From Bacilli bacterium (GTDB lineage Bacteria > Bacillota_I > Bacilli_A > RF39 > UBA660): a stretch of DNA of 48,709 nt. This document shows, piece after piece, positions 27,333 through 36,135 of the stretch. The translations under genes and the position numbers were made by a program. Where the stretch lies: the NCBI GenBank assembly GCA_035399485.1, contig DAOPJC010000001.1, positions 1-48,709 on the forward strand, written 5' to 3'. Each line of letters begins with the position of its first letter. Within the stretch, counting starts at the first letter, position 1. Under the pieces are notes generated by a model, which had not been told where the DNA came from, made no database searches, and saw only the letters and a program-made list of their open reading frames with translations.

Positions 27333-29528
27333 TTATCTTGTTTTCATTTCAGTATTTTGTTCAATTGCTACTTTTTCAAGTGCTTTAAAATCTATTTTCC
27401 CTACATTGGTCAAAGGAAATTCATCAATAGCATCTGTTTTTCTTGGTCTAGAAAAAGCAGTTAACCTTTTTTCGTAGAATAAATCAATAGCATTCTCTAT
27501 ATCTTTATTCCAAATATAATTAGGTTTCAATTTAATAAAAGCAACAGGAACATCGCCACGTTTTTCATCCGGCCTCTTTACTACAACGCTTTTTTCCACA
27601 AATGGCAGTGTATTAATTTCTTCTTCAAGTTTATCTAAAATAACTTGTTCCCCATTAACCTTTATCATTCTATCCAGTCTGCCTACAACTTCTATCAAAC
27701 CATTTTTATGTATGATTGCACTATCTCCTGTGTGGAGCCAAACATTACCGTCTTCATGTTTTTTTAAAGCATTATCATTAAATTGATTATCATCATATCC
27801 TCTCATAATCTGCGGTCCAAAAAGGCATAACTCACCAAGCTGCTCATAGTCTATTTCATTTATAGTACTCGGTTGAACAATTTTGGCAACAGTATTCATA
27901 TTTGGAACACCATTATATATTATTCCGCCAGCTGTTTCAGTTAGCCCATACCCATCGCGAGTTTCAGCCTTGGAATTGTGATCTTTAAAAAACTCATTAG
28001 TATTACTTTTTTCAGTATCATCAATTTTTGAACCACCAGAAAGAACATACTTCACATGAGATAAATCAGCATTTTTCATTTTTTCATTATTTCGAATTGC
28101 AGGAAACATATTAGGAATTCCACCAAAAATATTTACCTTGTCTTTTAAAAATAATTTATCTAGGCGTTTAAAATCTATTTTCATTATTATATCAAGATTT
28201 ACTCCTAATGTAGCTGCAACATGAGTTCCTATAATTAATCCAAAAGAATGGTTAAGTGGCATAAAAGCTGCAATTTTATCTCCACGTTTAAAATCAAACC
28301 TGTCATTATAAAATTGCTTAGATGATGAATCTAAATTTTCCTCAGTTAGCATAACGCCTTTTGGTCTAATTGTCCCACCTGTATATAATTGCACAGCAGT
28401 ATAATCATTATCATAGGCGGTATCAACATCTCCTACATAATTAGTATTTTTCCCTCTATATTCATTATACGAAATATATTGTTCATTATAAGAAACTGGC
28501 TTAATCCCTAATTTTGGCATTATAATTTTTTTGAAAGCTAAACCTAAAGGTTTAGGCATAGAATTAGTAACTGGAAGTACAATAACCTTATCATCTTTTG
28601 GAACACTATTTTTAAGTCTACCATATACCAAGTCTGATATGAACATAATATTTGTTTCAATTCCATCAGCTCTATTTTGTTCATTAATGCTAGATAATTT
28701 ATTTTTAAAATCTTCTTCTGTTGATAATGGAAAAATTGGTACTACAGTCGCTTTTGCTTTAAAAAGAGCATATAAAGTTATAATCGATTCTGGTGTGTTA
28801 GCAACAACTATAGGTACTCTAACACCTTTTTTTATTCCATTTTCTAGCATACTATTACAAGTTGCATCTATTTCATCAATAAATTCTTTATAGGTGAATT
28901 TTTTACCAAAAAATTCCATAGCTGTTTCATCATAAAAATCAGCATTTGATGTTACTAATCTGTCATAAGGTGACATGTTTTCTTTAGTCCATTTAAAGTC
29001 ACCAATCCTATAATTTTTTAACCAAAATTTATCTTCAGAAGGTAATCCCTTTGATTCTACATTATAATCCATTACAGACTTTCTATTTTTATCAATATTT
29101 TCTAATACTTCACTAAGAAGATCTTCAAAATTTTTATCATTAGAAAAGTTTATTGCATCCGTAAAATCAGAAATTTTTTCAGCTACTTCTGGATCAGATT
29201 CTATAGAAATATCTATATGATTTCTTTTTGCTACCTCTACTAAATCTTCTTCATTAACTATTGCTAATTTACTAAAATCAAATCCTTCTTCATGAAATTT
29301 TTTTATCAATCTTTTTTTGATTTTTAATTTTGCCTTTTCACTTAACTCAACTGGAGTTGGTGAAAAGATGTATACTTCATGATTTTCTTCTTTTAATATT
29401 TCAAAAGTCTTTTTTAATTGTTCACTAAGTTCTATTTTCTTTAGCATTTTTGCATACTCTTTTTCATCTTTAACAAGCTTGAAAGAGTTTAGCTTTGATA
29501 TTGCTTCTAGATTAAATCCTATCTTCAT
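27333..29528 (-). CDS. AMP-dependent (ANL) acyl ligase with an N-terminal extension of about 190 aa (degenerate HAD-like)
   Basis: YTGGTIRPKGV, DGYGLTET, HTGDSAI...VGRLDRMIKVNGEQV, NVGKIDFKAL. The N-terminus IGFNLEA resembles a HAD DxDG motif that has lost its Asp residues. Confidence 0.75.
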   Translation of the reverse strand: MKIGFNLEAISKLNSFKLVKDEKEYAKMLKKIELSEQLKKTFEILKEENHEVYIFSPTPVELSEKAKLKIKKRLIKKFHEEGFDFSKLAIVNEEDLVEVAKRNHIDISIESDPEVAEKISDFTDAINFSNDKNFEDLLSEVLENIDKNRKSVMDYNVESKGLPSEDKFWLKNYRIGDFKWTKENMSPYDRLVTSNADFYDETAMEFFGKKFTYKEFIDEIDATCNSMLENGIKKGVRVPIVVANTPESIITLYALFKAKATVVPIFPLSTEEDFKNKLSSINEQNRADGIETNIMFISDLVYGRLKNSVPKDDKVIVLPVTNSMPKPLGLAFKKIIMPKLGIKPVSYNEQYISYNEYRGKNTNYVGDVDTAYDNDYTAVQLYTGGTIRPKGVMLTEENLDSSSKQFYNDRFDFKRGDKIAAFMPLNHSFGLIIGTHVAATLGVNLDIIMKIDFKRLDKLFLKDKVNIFGGIPNMFPAIRNNEKMKNADLSHVKYVLSGGSKIDDTEKSNTNEFFKDHNSKAETRDGYGLTETAGGIIYNGVPNMNTVAKIVQPSTINEIDYEQLGELCLFGPQIMRGYDDNQFNDNALKKHEDGNVWLHTGDSAIIHKNGLIEVVGRLDRMIKVNGEQVILDKLEEEINTLPFVEKSVVVKRPDEKRGDVPVAFIKLKPNYIWNKDIENAIDLFYEKRLTAFSRPRKTDAIDEFPLTNVGKIDFKALEKVAIEQNTEMKTR

Positions 29529-29539
29529 AATTCCCCCTA

Positions 29540-31036
29540 CTATAATAATTTATTAGATATTTCTTCCATTTCTATGTTATTCGGCATTTCAACTTCTTTT
29601 AAATAATCATTGTATTTTCTTGTTTCTGTATCAATTTCTGAAATTCTATTATTCTTTTTTAAATAATATATAGTGTTTTCAAAACTTAATTTTGCAATTT
29701 CAAGTTCCAATTTTTTATTTACTTCTTCCAAATTGTCAGTTGGATTTACAAAGATAAATTCACCAAATCTAACCACCGTATCATTTCCAAATGCATTAGT
29801 AGCAACTGGTAGAATACCTGTTCCAGTTTTTTGAGCTAAGGCAACAGTTCCTAATTTAAATCTATTTTGAAATCTTAATTTGCCTTCCTCTGTTTTGTTT
29901 TTTCTTGTACCTTCTGGAAATATCAATGCAATTCTATCATGGGCAACATATTTAGACATAAGTTCAGAAGATTCTTTTTTACTTTCTGAATCATTTCTAT
30001 CAACAAAAATTCCAAGTCCTGTTGCTTTAAATAATTTTCCTCTAAATGAGTCTTCTATTTCTTTTGCGGCATATCCAACGAAAGGTCTATTTCCTAGTGC
30101 TATTCCAAGTCTATACTGATCTGTACTGTCACTATGATTTGATGCTATTATAAAGCCATTTTGATAGGGAACTTTTTCTTTCCCAAAAATATCGATTTTA
30201 TAAAATGCTTTTATAGGATATTTGATAGAAGAATAGATTAATTTAAACCTTTTATCACCTTTTTTGAAATCATCTTGATTTACATTTATATTTTTTAAAT
30301 GATTTTTATAAGAATTAAAATATTCTATTTTTTGATTATTTGTTAAATTTTCAAGTTCTTCTTTTTCCTTTTTTAAAAATTCTATTTTTCCTTTATTTTC
30401 TTTTTCTTGCTTCATTTTTTTTAAAATTTGTTTCACTTGAATCCAATCAGATGCATGCCTTATATTTTCATGATTTGTATTTAAATTATATGGTGCGTCA
30501 ATCATAATAACTTTAATTCCGTTTTTTGCTAAAAATAATGCAACATCTGGTTTATCCTCAATCATTACGTCAACATTTAATTTTTTACAGGCTAAAAGTT
30601 TTTCTTCCGGACTTCTTTCTTCTGAACAAAATTGAAAAGATGAAAAATTAATATTATATTTTTTCAACCATTCTTTAAACCATTTTCTTGCAAGCTTGCC
30701 TAATTTACTATTACTGGTAGCAAATTTTCTGGCAGTAATTGAGTGGAAATCAAGACCTTCATCAGTAAGCTCATTTATAACTTCCGGTGCAAATTCTCTA
30801 GGTTCTTCATTCTTACAATAATTAATATAAATCTTAAATGCCTTTGAATATAATATAATTTTAGGAATTTCGCTTAAATCAAATTGCTCTTCTAAAGAGT
30901 ATTTTTCGGGGCTAACAGGTTCTCTTTTAAAGACTTTTTTACCTTCTCTAATATTGTGACTTGAAAGATTAGTTAAAATACCGTCAGCGTCACAACCTAC
31001 TACAAAATTGACTTTATCTAATTCAATATTTTTCAT
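29540..31036 (-). CDS. fusion of a HAD/5'-nucleotidase-like domain and a PlsC-type lysophospholipid acyltransferase
   Basis: N-terminal GCDADGIL (DxDG). C-terminal NHSDSTD (HX4D) and FPEGTR acyltransferase motifs. Confidence 0.75.
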   Translation of the reverse strand: MKNIELDKVNFVVGCDADGILTNLSSHNIREGKKVFKREPVSPEKYSLEEQFDLSEIPKIILYSKAFKIYINYCKNEEPREFAPEVINELTDEGLDFHSITARKFATSNSKLGKLARKWFKEWLKKYNINFSSFQFCSEERSPEEKLLACKKLNVDVMIEDKPDVALFLAKNGIKVIMIDAPYNLNTNHENIRHASDWIQVKQILKKMKQEKENKGKIEFLKKEKEELENLTNNQKIEYFNSYKNHLKNINVNQDDFKKGDKRFKLIYSSIKYPIKAFYKIDIFGKEKVPYQNGFIIASNHSDSTDQYRLGIALGNRPFVGYAAKEIEDSFRGKLFKATGLGIFVDRNDSESKKESSELMSKYVAHDRIALIFPEGTRKNKTEEGKLRFQNRFKLGTVALAQKTGTGILPVATNAFGNDTVVRFGEFIFVNPTDNLEEVNKKLELEIAKLSFENTIYYLKKNNRISEIDTETRKYNDYLKEVEMPNNIEMEEISNKLL

Positions 31037-31339
31037 AAGTATCTCCCTTTTGTATAAACCAATAATTACATAAATTATTTACATAAGACTATTATTACAC
31101 AAAAAGGATATATTTTCAATATATTGACATATTTCGAGATAATATTGTTAAAAAAAGCTTCCCATACTACAAAATTGACTTTATCTAATTCAATATTTTT
31201 CATAAGTATCTCCCTTTTGTATAAACCAATAATTACATAAATTATTTACATAAGACTATTATTACACAAAAAGGATATATTTTCAATATATTGACATATT
31301 TCGAGATAATATTGTTAAAAAAAGCTTCCCATACTACAA
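30998..31339. repeat. 167-bp perfect-looking tandem duplication (2 copies plus 8 bp) covering the promoter, SD and first 13 codons of the acyltransferase gene
   Basis: 30998-31164 repeats at 31165-31331. The next 8 bp TACTACAA begin a third copy. Confidence 0.85.
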
Positions 31340-31377
31340 TTTTGTCTTTATCATTATTTTTAGTAGTAATTTTCAAA

Positions 31378-32239
31378 TTATAATACTTTAGATTTTTTAT
31401 ATTTTTTAATTGCTTCAATAATGTATTGTTCAATATATTTTTTATCTCTTTTTAAAAGTTCCGGTGGTAATACTGATTCAATATTGTTTTTATTAAATGA
31501 TATTTGCTCATGTTGATTACCTTTTTCTTCTGATAATATTTTTTCTAATTTATCAAATGTAACTTTATCTTTTAAAAACATATTTCTAATTCTTATTGAT
31601 TGAGCTCTACTTGGAGTTGCATCTACATATCCTATTACATAATAAAGTAAATTTTGCTCATAAATATTTAAATATGATAATTCTACTGCCGTAGTTAATC
31701 CTAACTTTAATGTATTATGTTTATCATATATAAATGAATTGTCTACTAGTTGTAATAATTCAGGTATTAAATAAGTTAATCTAATAAATCTTCTTACTTG
31801 TTCTCTAGAATCTCCAAGTACCTTTCCTATATAATCAGTCGACTTTAACTTGTGCCCATCTTGAGTACAAGTTTGTTTTTTTTACCTTGGTGTTTGATTC
31901 ATCTAATTTCATTTTATATGCGAATGCTTTTTCACTAGGAAATATCTTTTCTCTATAAATATTAGAATCAACCATTTTAATAATTGCTTCTTCATCTGAT
32001 AATTCTTCTACATAACAATAAGCTTCTTTTATTTCATTTAGTTCTAATGCAAGTTTTCTTCGGTGTCCTGATATAAGTGCATATATTCCATCTTCCCTTG
32101 GTCTAACTAGAAGTGGTTCTAATAATCCATTTTCTTTTATACTATTTTTTAATTCATTAAATGAATCGTTTTGTAAAACTTTAAATGGATGATTTTCAAA
32201 CGGAACTATATCACATAATTTTAATTTAACTATTTTCAT
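31378..32239 (-). pseudogene. ParB/Srx-like protein, copy B, disrupted by at least two frameshifts
   Basis: The N-terminal part is in one frame (LISGHRRKLA), KHQGKK in a second, and DGHKLKSTDYIGKVLGDS...KKYKKSKVL in a third. One shift lies next to an A8 run. Confidence 0.7.
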
Positions 32240-32717
32240 TATTTTTCTCTCCTTCTTTAAATTCATATTGAAGTTTCCATTCAATATATTCTTCATATGT
32301 TATTTCATGGTTTAATCTTCTTTCTTTTATTTCTTTCCATTCATTAATAAATTTATTTATCTTTTCATTCTTTGTAGATGGATAATATGAATCAATGTTT
32401 AATTCAATATTCATTCTAGGATACATTTCATCCATCCATAACAATTGATAGATTATATCTTCTATTTTTCTAAAATTATATTTTTCTAAACATCTAACAT
32501 TAACATTAAATATTCTAGCTAGTTCTTCTAGTCTTTCTTGTTTAGGAATTCTATTCCCCCTTTCATATCTGGTCATACTTCTTCTTTTACATTCTCCAGT
32601 CAAACCTAATTTACTTGATACTTCATCTTGAGTCATTCTTCTAAGTTGTCTTACATAAGATATCCTTGCTCCTTGAGATAAGTTTTCAAGTTCAGGTTTT
32701 AAATAAGTATATTTCAT
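32226..32717 (-). CDS. HTH DNA-binding protein, copy B
   Basis: Paralogue of 23603-24088 (LSQGARISYVRQLRRMTQDEVSSKLGLTGECKRRSMTRYERGNRIP). ATG at 32717 behind AAAGGAG. Confidence 0.7.
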   Translation of the reverse strand: MKYTYLKPELENLSQGARISYVRQLRRMTQDEVSSKLGLTGECKRRSMTRYERGNRIPKQERLEELARIFNVNVRCLEKYNFRKIEDIIYQLLWMDEMYPRMNIELNIDSYYPSTKNEKINKFINEWKEIKERRLNHEITYEEYIEWKLQYEFKEGEKNNENS

Positions 32718-32866
32718 AATTAATCTCCTTTCTTTTATATATATAAAAAGAACTAAGTTTGACCTTAGCTCTATTTTATAATAATTAATCATAAATAATC
32801 TTTTGCAATTACTTATCGCAATTTAAAATCACAAAAATCTTGTCGCAAAAAACAGTGTTTTTTATA

Positions 32867-32897
32867 GAAAAAGACCAGAATTTCAAATTTCTAGTCT
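32867..32897 (-). terminator. terminator-like hairpin in the leader of module B (homologous to 24132-24175)
   Basis: Minus strand AGACTAGAA-loop-TTCTGGTCT followed by TTTT. Confidence 0.4.
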
Positions 32898-33037
32898 CCT
32901 TTTTTAAAATTTATTACATAAATTGTATTTTTATATAAATTCTAATATAATTATTAATTTTGTTTCTACCTTTATTTATAAAGGTTAATTAGTACTTAAG
33001 TACGGACTATTTGTTCACCTTGTTACGGATTTGCGAT

Positions 33038-33125
33038 TGTGCTGCATTGTTGTGCGGTAGGATAATTAATCATTATATTGATTTTTGACTAGTAACCCTT
33101 GCCTTTCTAATAATAGTATATCATA
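33038..33125. repeat. conserved non-coding block, copy B
   Basis: See 24328-24415. TTGACT-17 nt-TAATAA on the plus strand. Confidence 0.6.
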
Positions 33126-33152
33126 ACTTTCTTAAAACAAATAATTTTTTCC

Positions 33153-33188
33153 AAAAAAAAAGACAGGAAAATAATTCCTGTTTTTTTA
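33153..33188. terminator. bidirectional rho-independent terminator after the recombinase gene
   Basis: ACAGGAA-AATAA-TTCCTGT flanked by A8 and T7 runs. Confidence 0.65.
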
Positions 33189-33194
33189 CATATT

Positions 33195-35216
33195 TTAAAT
33201 ATAAATATCAAGTGCTAATGGTTTTGATTTTCTAATATATTTTATTTCTTCTATTTCATTTTTAAATTCTTTTATATCATCGGTAGTAATCATAAGTCTA
33301 CATAATAGTACATTACTTTCATTGCTTGATTGATTATTTACATTATTTTCTAATCTTCTTATTTCATCAATAAAATTCAACTTCCATACATAATGATCTT
33401 TATAAACCACTATTTCATTTATTAGAGAATCAATCAAATCTTCACTTATAATATTTCTTTTATAATCTAAAATCCTATTTATGCTACTTTTTATATCAGC
33501 TATTTTATCTTCTAATAACTCTTTTGGAATTCCTCTTTTTAATTCAAGTTCACTAATTTTGTTATTTATATATATTAAAGCAGATTCAAATTCTTTTTTC
33601 ATTTTAATATATTCTTCTTTACTAATTAATTCATTCAAATACATATCTAATAATTTACTAATTTTTTCACTAATATTAGTTTTTCTTTTTAAATTATAGT
33701 TTATTTCTTCATCATATATATCATTATTATTATCTTTTATAGTTTCATCTATTAATTGATTTGCCATATCTACTATTTTTTCTTTTTCATTCCAAATTAA
33801 ATTAAAAATAACTTTTGACATAACTTGTAACTTCCATTCCTGAACTATTTGCATATCACAACATCCATCAGTTTCTAAACCTCTTTTTAATCTACTTCTA
33901 ACTGAACCATCATTCTTTTGTTTATAACATTGATAACAATAAGTTAGTTTTCCCGGAATTTTTTCATGATACTTTCTTTTATTAAATGATGCCCCACATT
34001 CACATTTTAATTTTTTCGTCCAAATATTTCTAGGCGTTCCATGACCAAAATTTCTTTTTCCCTCCAAAATTTTAGTACGATTTTTAATTATTTTCTGCAC
34101 TTCTTCAAAATCTTTTTTTGATATTAAAGGTTTATGTTTTCCTTCTTTATATATTTTTTCTACTTGACCTTTATTTTTTTTAGGTTTTTGCTCTAAATAA
34201 TCCGGAATATAATATTTTCTATATTCTATTGTTCCACAATAGAAAGAATTTTGTAATAATCTAGTTATGCAGCCAGCATTCCATTTTTTTAATCCAGTAG
34301 CTGTTAAATAACCTCTTTTCTCTAATTCATATTTGATCATTGTTGAACCTTGCCCTTGTAAAAATAAAGAAAAGATTAATCTAACAATTTTTGCTTGTTC
34401 TTCGTTAACAATCATTTCTTTACCTACTTTATCATATCCTAGAATATTGCCACTTCCATATATAACACCATTTTGAAATGATATTTTTTGTCCTGCTTTT
34501 ACTCTTTGAGAAGTTTTCTTACTTTCATTTTGAGCAAGGGTTGCCATAATTGTTAATTTTAATTCTCCGTCATCATCATTATAAGTCCAAATATTATCTT
34601 CTGTAAAATATACTTCTACTCCTAGTTTTTTTAAAGATCTAGTTTCTTGTAATGTATCTACAGTATTTCTAGCAAATCTTGATACCTCACGAGTTATTAT
34701 TAAGTCAAAGCATCCATTTTTTGCATCTTCCATCATTCTTTGAAAATTCTTTCTTTTTCTAATTGAAGTTCCTGTTATTCCTTCATCAATATATCTTCCA
34801 TATAAATTCCAATTAGGATGTTTTTCTAATATATTATCATAATATTGAACTTGATTTTCTAATGCAGATAATTGGGCTTCGTGTTCAGTAGATACTCTTG
34901 CATATATAGCAACAGTTCTAGGTTTTATATATTTGTTTATTAATATTTTATATGTCTGAATAGTATTATATTTTAAATTAGTTTTACAATAATTATCTAA
35001 CCAGTAATCTAGATAATCGCTATAAGACATATTACAATCTTTAAAAGGTGCACCAGCAGTATTATATTCTTTGATTGCTATTGTTCCAGCCTCGTAGGCT
35101 TCATTCTTTGTTTTAAACCCTGATTTACTTAACCACTTTCTTTGTCCATCTATCCTTGCTATTTCTACCCTATATTCAAAGTGTTCTCTTCTTCTTCTAA
35201 TGTTTATTTTTCCCAT
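33195..35216 (-). CDS. chimeric recombinase: tyrosine-integrase arm-binding N-terminus (aa 1-100) fused in frame to a complete large serine recombinase
   Basis: aa 1-100 are homologous to the N-terminus of the 40465 integrase. From aa 101: VAIYARVSTEHE, SRFARNT, recombinase domain, Cys zinc ribbon, coiled coil. Confidence 0.8.
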   Translation of the reverse strand: MGKINIRRRREHFEYRVEIARIDGQRKWLSKSGFKTKNEAYEAGTIAIKEYNTAGAPFKDCNMSYSDYLDYWLDNYCKTNLKYNTIQTYKILINKYIKPRTVAIYARVSTEHEAQLSALENQVQYYDNILEKHPNWNLYGRYIDEGITGTSIRKRKNFQRMMEDAKNGCFDLIITREVSRFARNTVDTLQETRSLKKLGVEVYFTEDNIWTYNDDDGELKLTIMATLAQNESKKTSQRVKAGQKISFQNGVIYGSGNILGYDKVGKEMIVNEEQAKIVRLIFSLFLQGQGSTMIKYELEKRGYLTATGLKKWNAGCITRLLQNSFYCGTIEYRKYYIPDYLEQKPKKNKGQVEKIYKEGKHKPLISKKDFEEVQKIIKNRTKILEGKRNFGHGTPRNIWTKKLKCECGASFNKRKYHEKIPGKLTYCYQCYKQKNDGSVRSRLKRGLETDGCCDMQIVQEWKLQVMSKVIFNLIWNEKEKIVDMANQLIDETIKDNNNDIYDEEINYNLKRKTNISEKISKLLDMYLNELISKEEYIKMKKEFESALIYINNKISELELKRGIPKELLEDKIADIKSSINRILDYKRNIISEDLIDSLINEIVVYKDHYVWKLNFIDEIRRLENNVNNQSSNESNVLLCRLMITTDDIKEFKNEIEEIKYIRKSKPLALDIYI

Positions 35217-35217
35217 A

Positions 35218-35448
35218 CTAACCCTCTATTATTTCTATTACTATTTTTTTGATGTTATTTAAATTAGATAAATCATTACCTTCATTTTTAATCAAGAACT
35301 TTTCTAGAGTGGATTTTAGTATTTTTAAACTCCCAAGTTTAATTGCCGGTAAATATCCTTTATTAATTAAATCATAAATGTAATTAGGTGATGAATGAAG
35401 AATTGAAGCAACTTCTTGAACTGTATATATTAGTCTATCATTATTCAT
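35218..35448 (-). CDS. excisionase-family HTH protein
   Basis: YTVQEVASILHSSPNYIYDLINKGYLPAIKLGS. Start moved to the ATG behind GGGAGAG. Confidence 0.65.
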   Translation of the reverse strand: MNNDRLIYTVQEVASILHSSPNYIYDLINKGYLPAIKLGSLKILKSTLEKFLIKNEGNDLSNLNNIKKIVIEIIEG

Positions 35449-35959
35449 CAGACTCTCTCCCAATCATTTCATCGATTATTCTTTGCATTTCTGCTTGCTC
35501 CTCTGGTGTGGCTTTTTGTGATTGACATAAACTAGGATCTTCCATCCACTTAGGAATAGATGATTTTCTCTTATTATCATTTTTATATTTATTTTTATTA
35601 TTATGTCCTGCTATATAACCTACTTCATTTTGGTTATTTGGACTATAACTGCTAGCATATTTATCCCATATCTTATCGGTTAAATATATTACTCTTTTTG
35701 ATTTAGTATTAGTTTCTTTATCATATAAACATTTTATAAATCCAATATCTTTTAATTTTTTAATATGCTTGGATACAGTATCTTCTCTTATCCCATACAT
35801 ATTGGCTAACCTCTTATTTGTTATCCAAGACTTACCCTCTTTTTTACATAATGCGGTGATTCTTTCTGCAATCAATTTTTCTTCACTAGTCAAATCTTTG
35901 GTTTTATAGATATAACTAGGAATAATTGCGTATATCGTTATATAATCTTCATCTTTCAT
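35441..35959 (-). CDS. winged-HTH DNA-binding protein of the element (replication or regulatory), tentative
   Basis: WITNKRLANMYGIREDTVSKHIKKLKDIGFI. Confidence 0.5.
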   Translation of the reverse strand: MKDEDYITIYAIIPSYIYKTKDLTSEEKLIAERITALCKKEGKSWITNKRLANMYGIREDTVSKHIKKLKDIGFIKCLYDKETNTKSKRVIYLTDKIWDKYASSYSPNNQNEVGYIAGHNNKNKYKNDNKRKSSIPKWMEDPSLCQSQKATPEEQAEMQRIIDEMIGRESDE

Positions 35960-36135
35960 AGTTTTTCCTCCTTGTTATAAAAGATTTGAACTAAGGCCTT
36001 TGTTCACTTACATTATCTTCTATTTTTGATATAGAAACCATGCAAAAAAAATCACTATTATCTACAAATTTATTACTAACTTAATCCGAAAATACTCCGA
36101 AAAAAAACATACTCTTTTTAGAATATGTTTTTAAG

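Noticed and set aside
31242-31581. ORF-track entries 31242-31433 and 31378-31581 as independent genes
   Set aside because: The first reads through the tandem duplication of the acyltransferase 5' region. The second is the Met-initiated tail of the frameshifted ParB-B reading frame.
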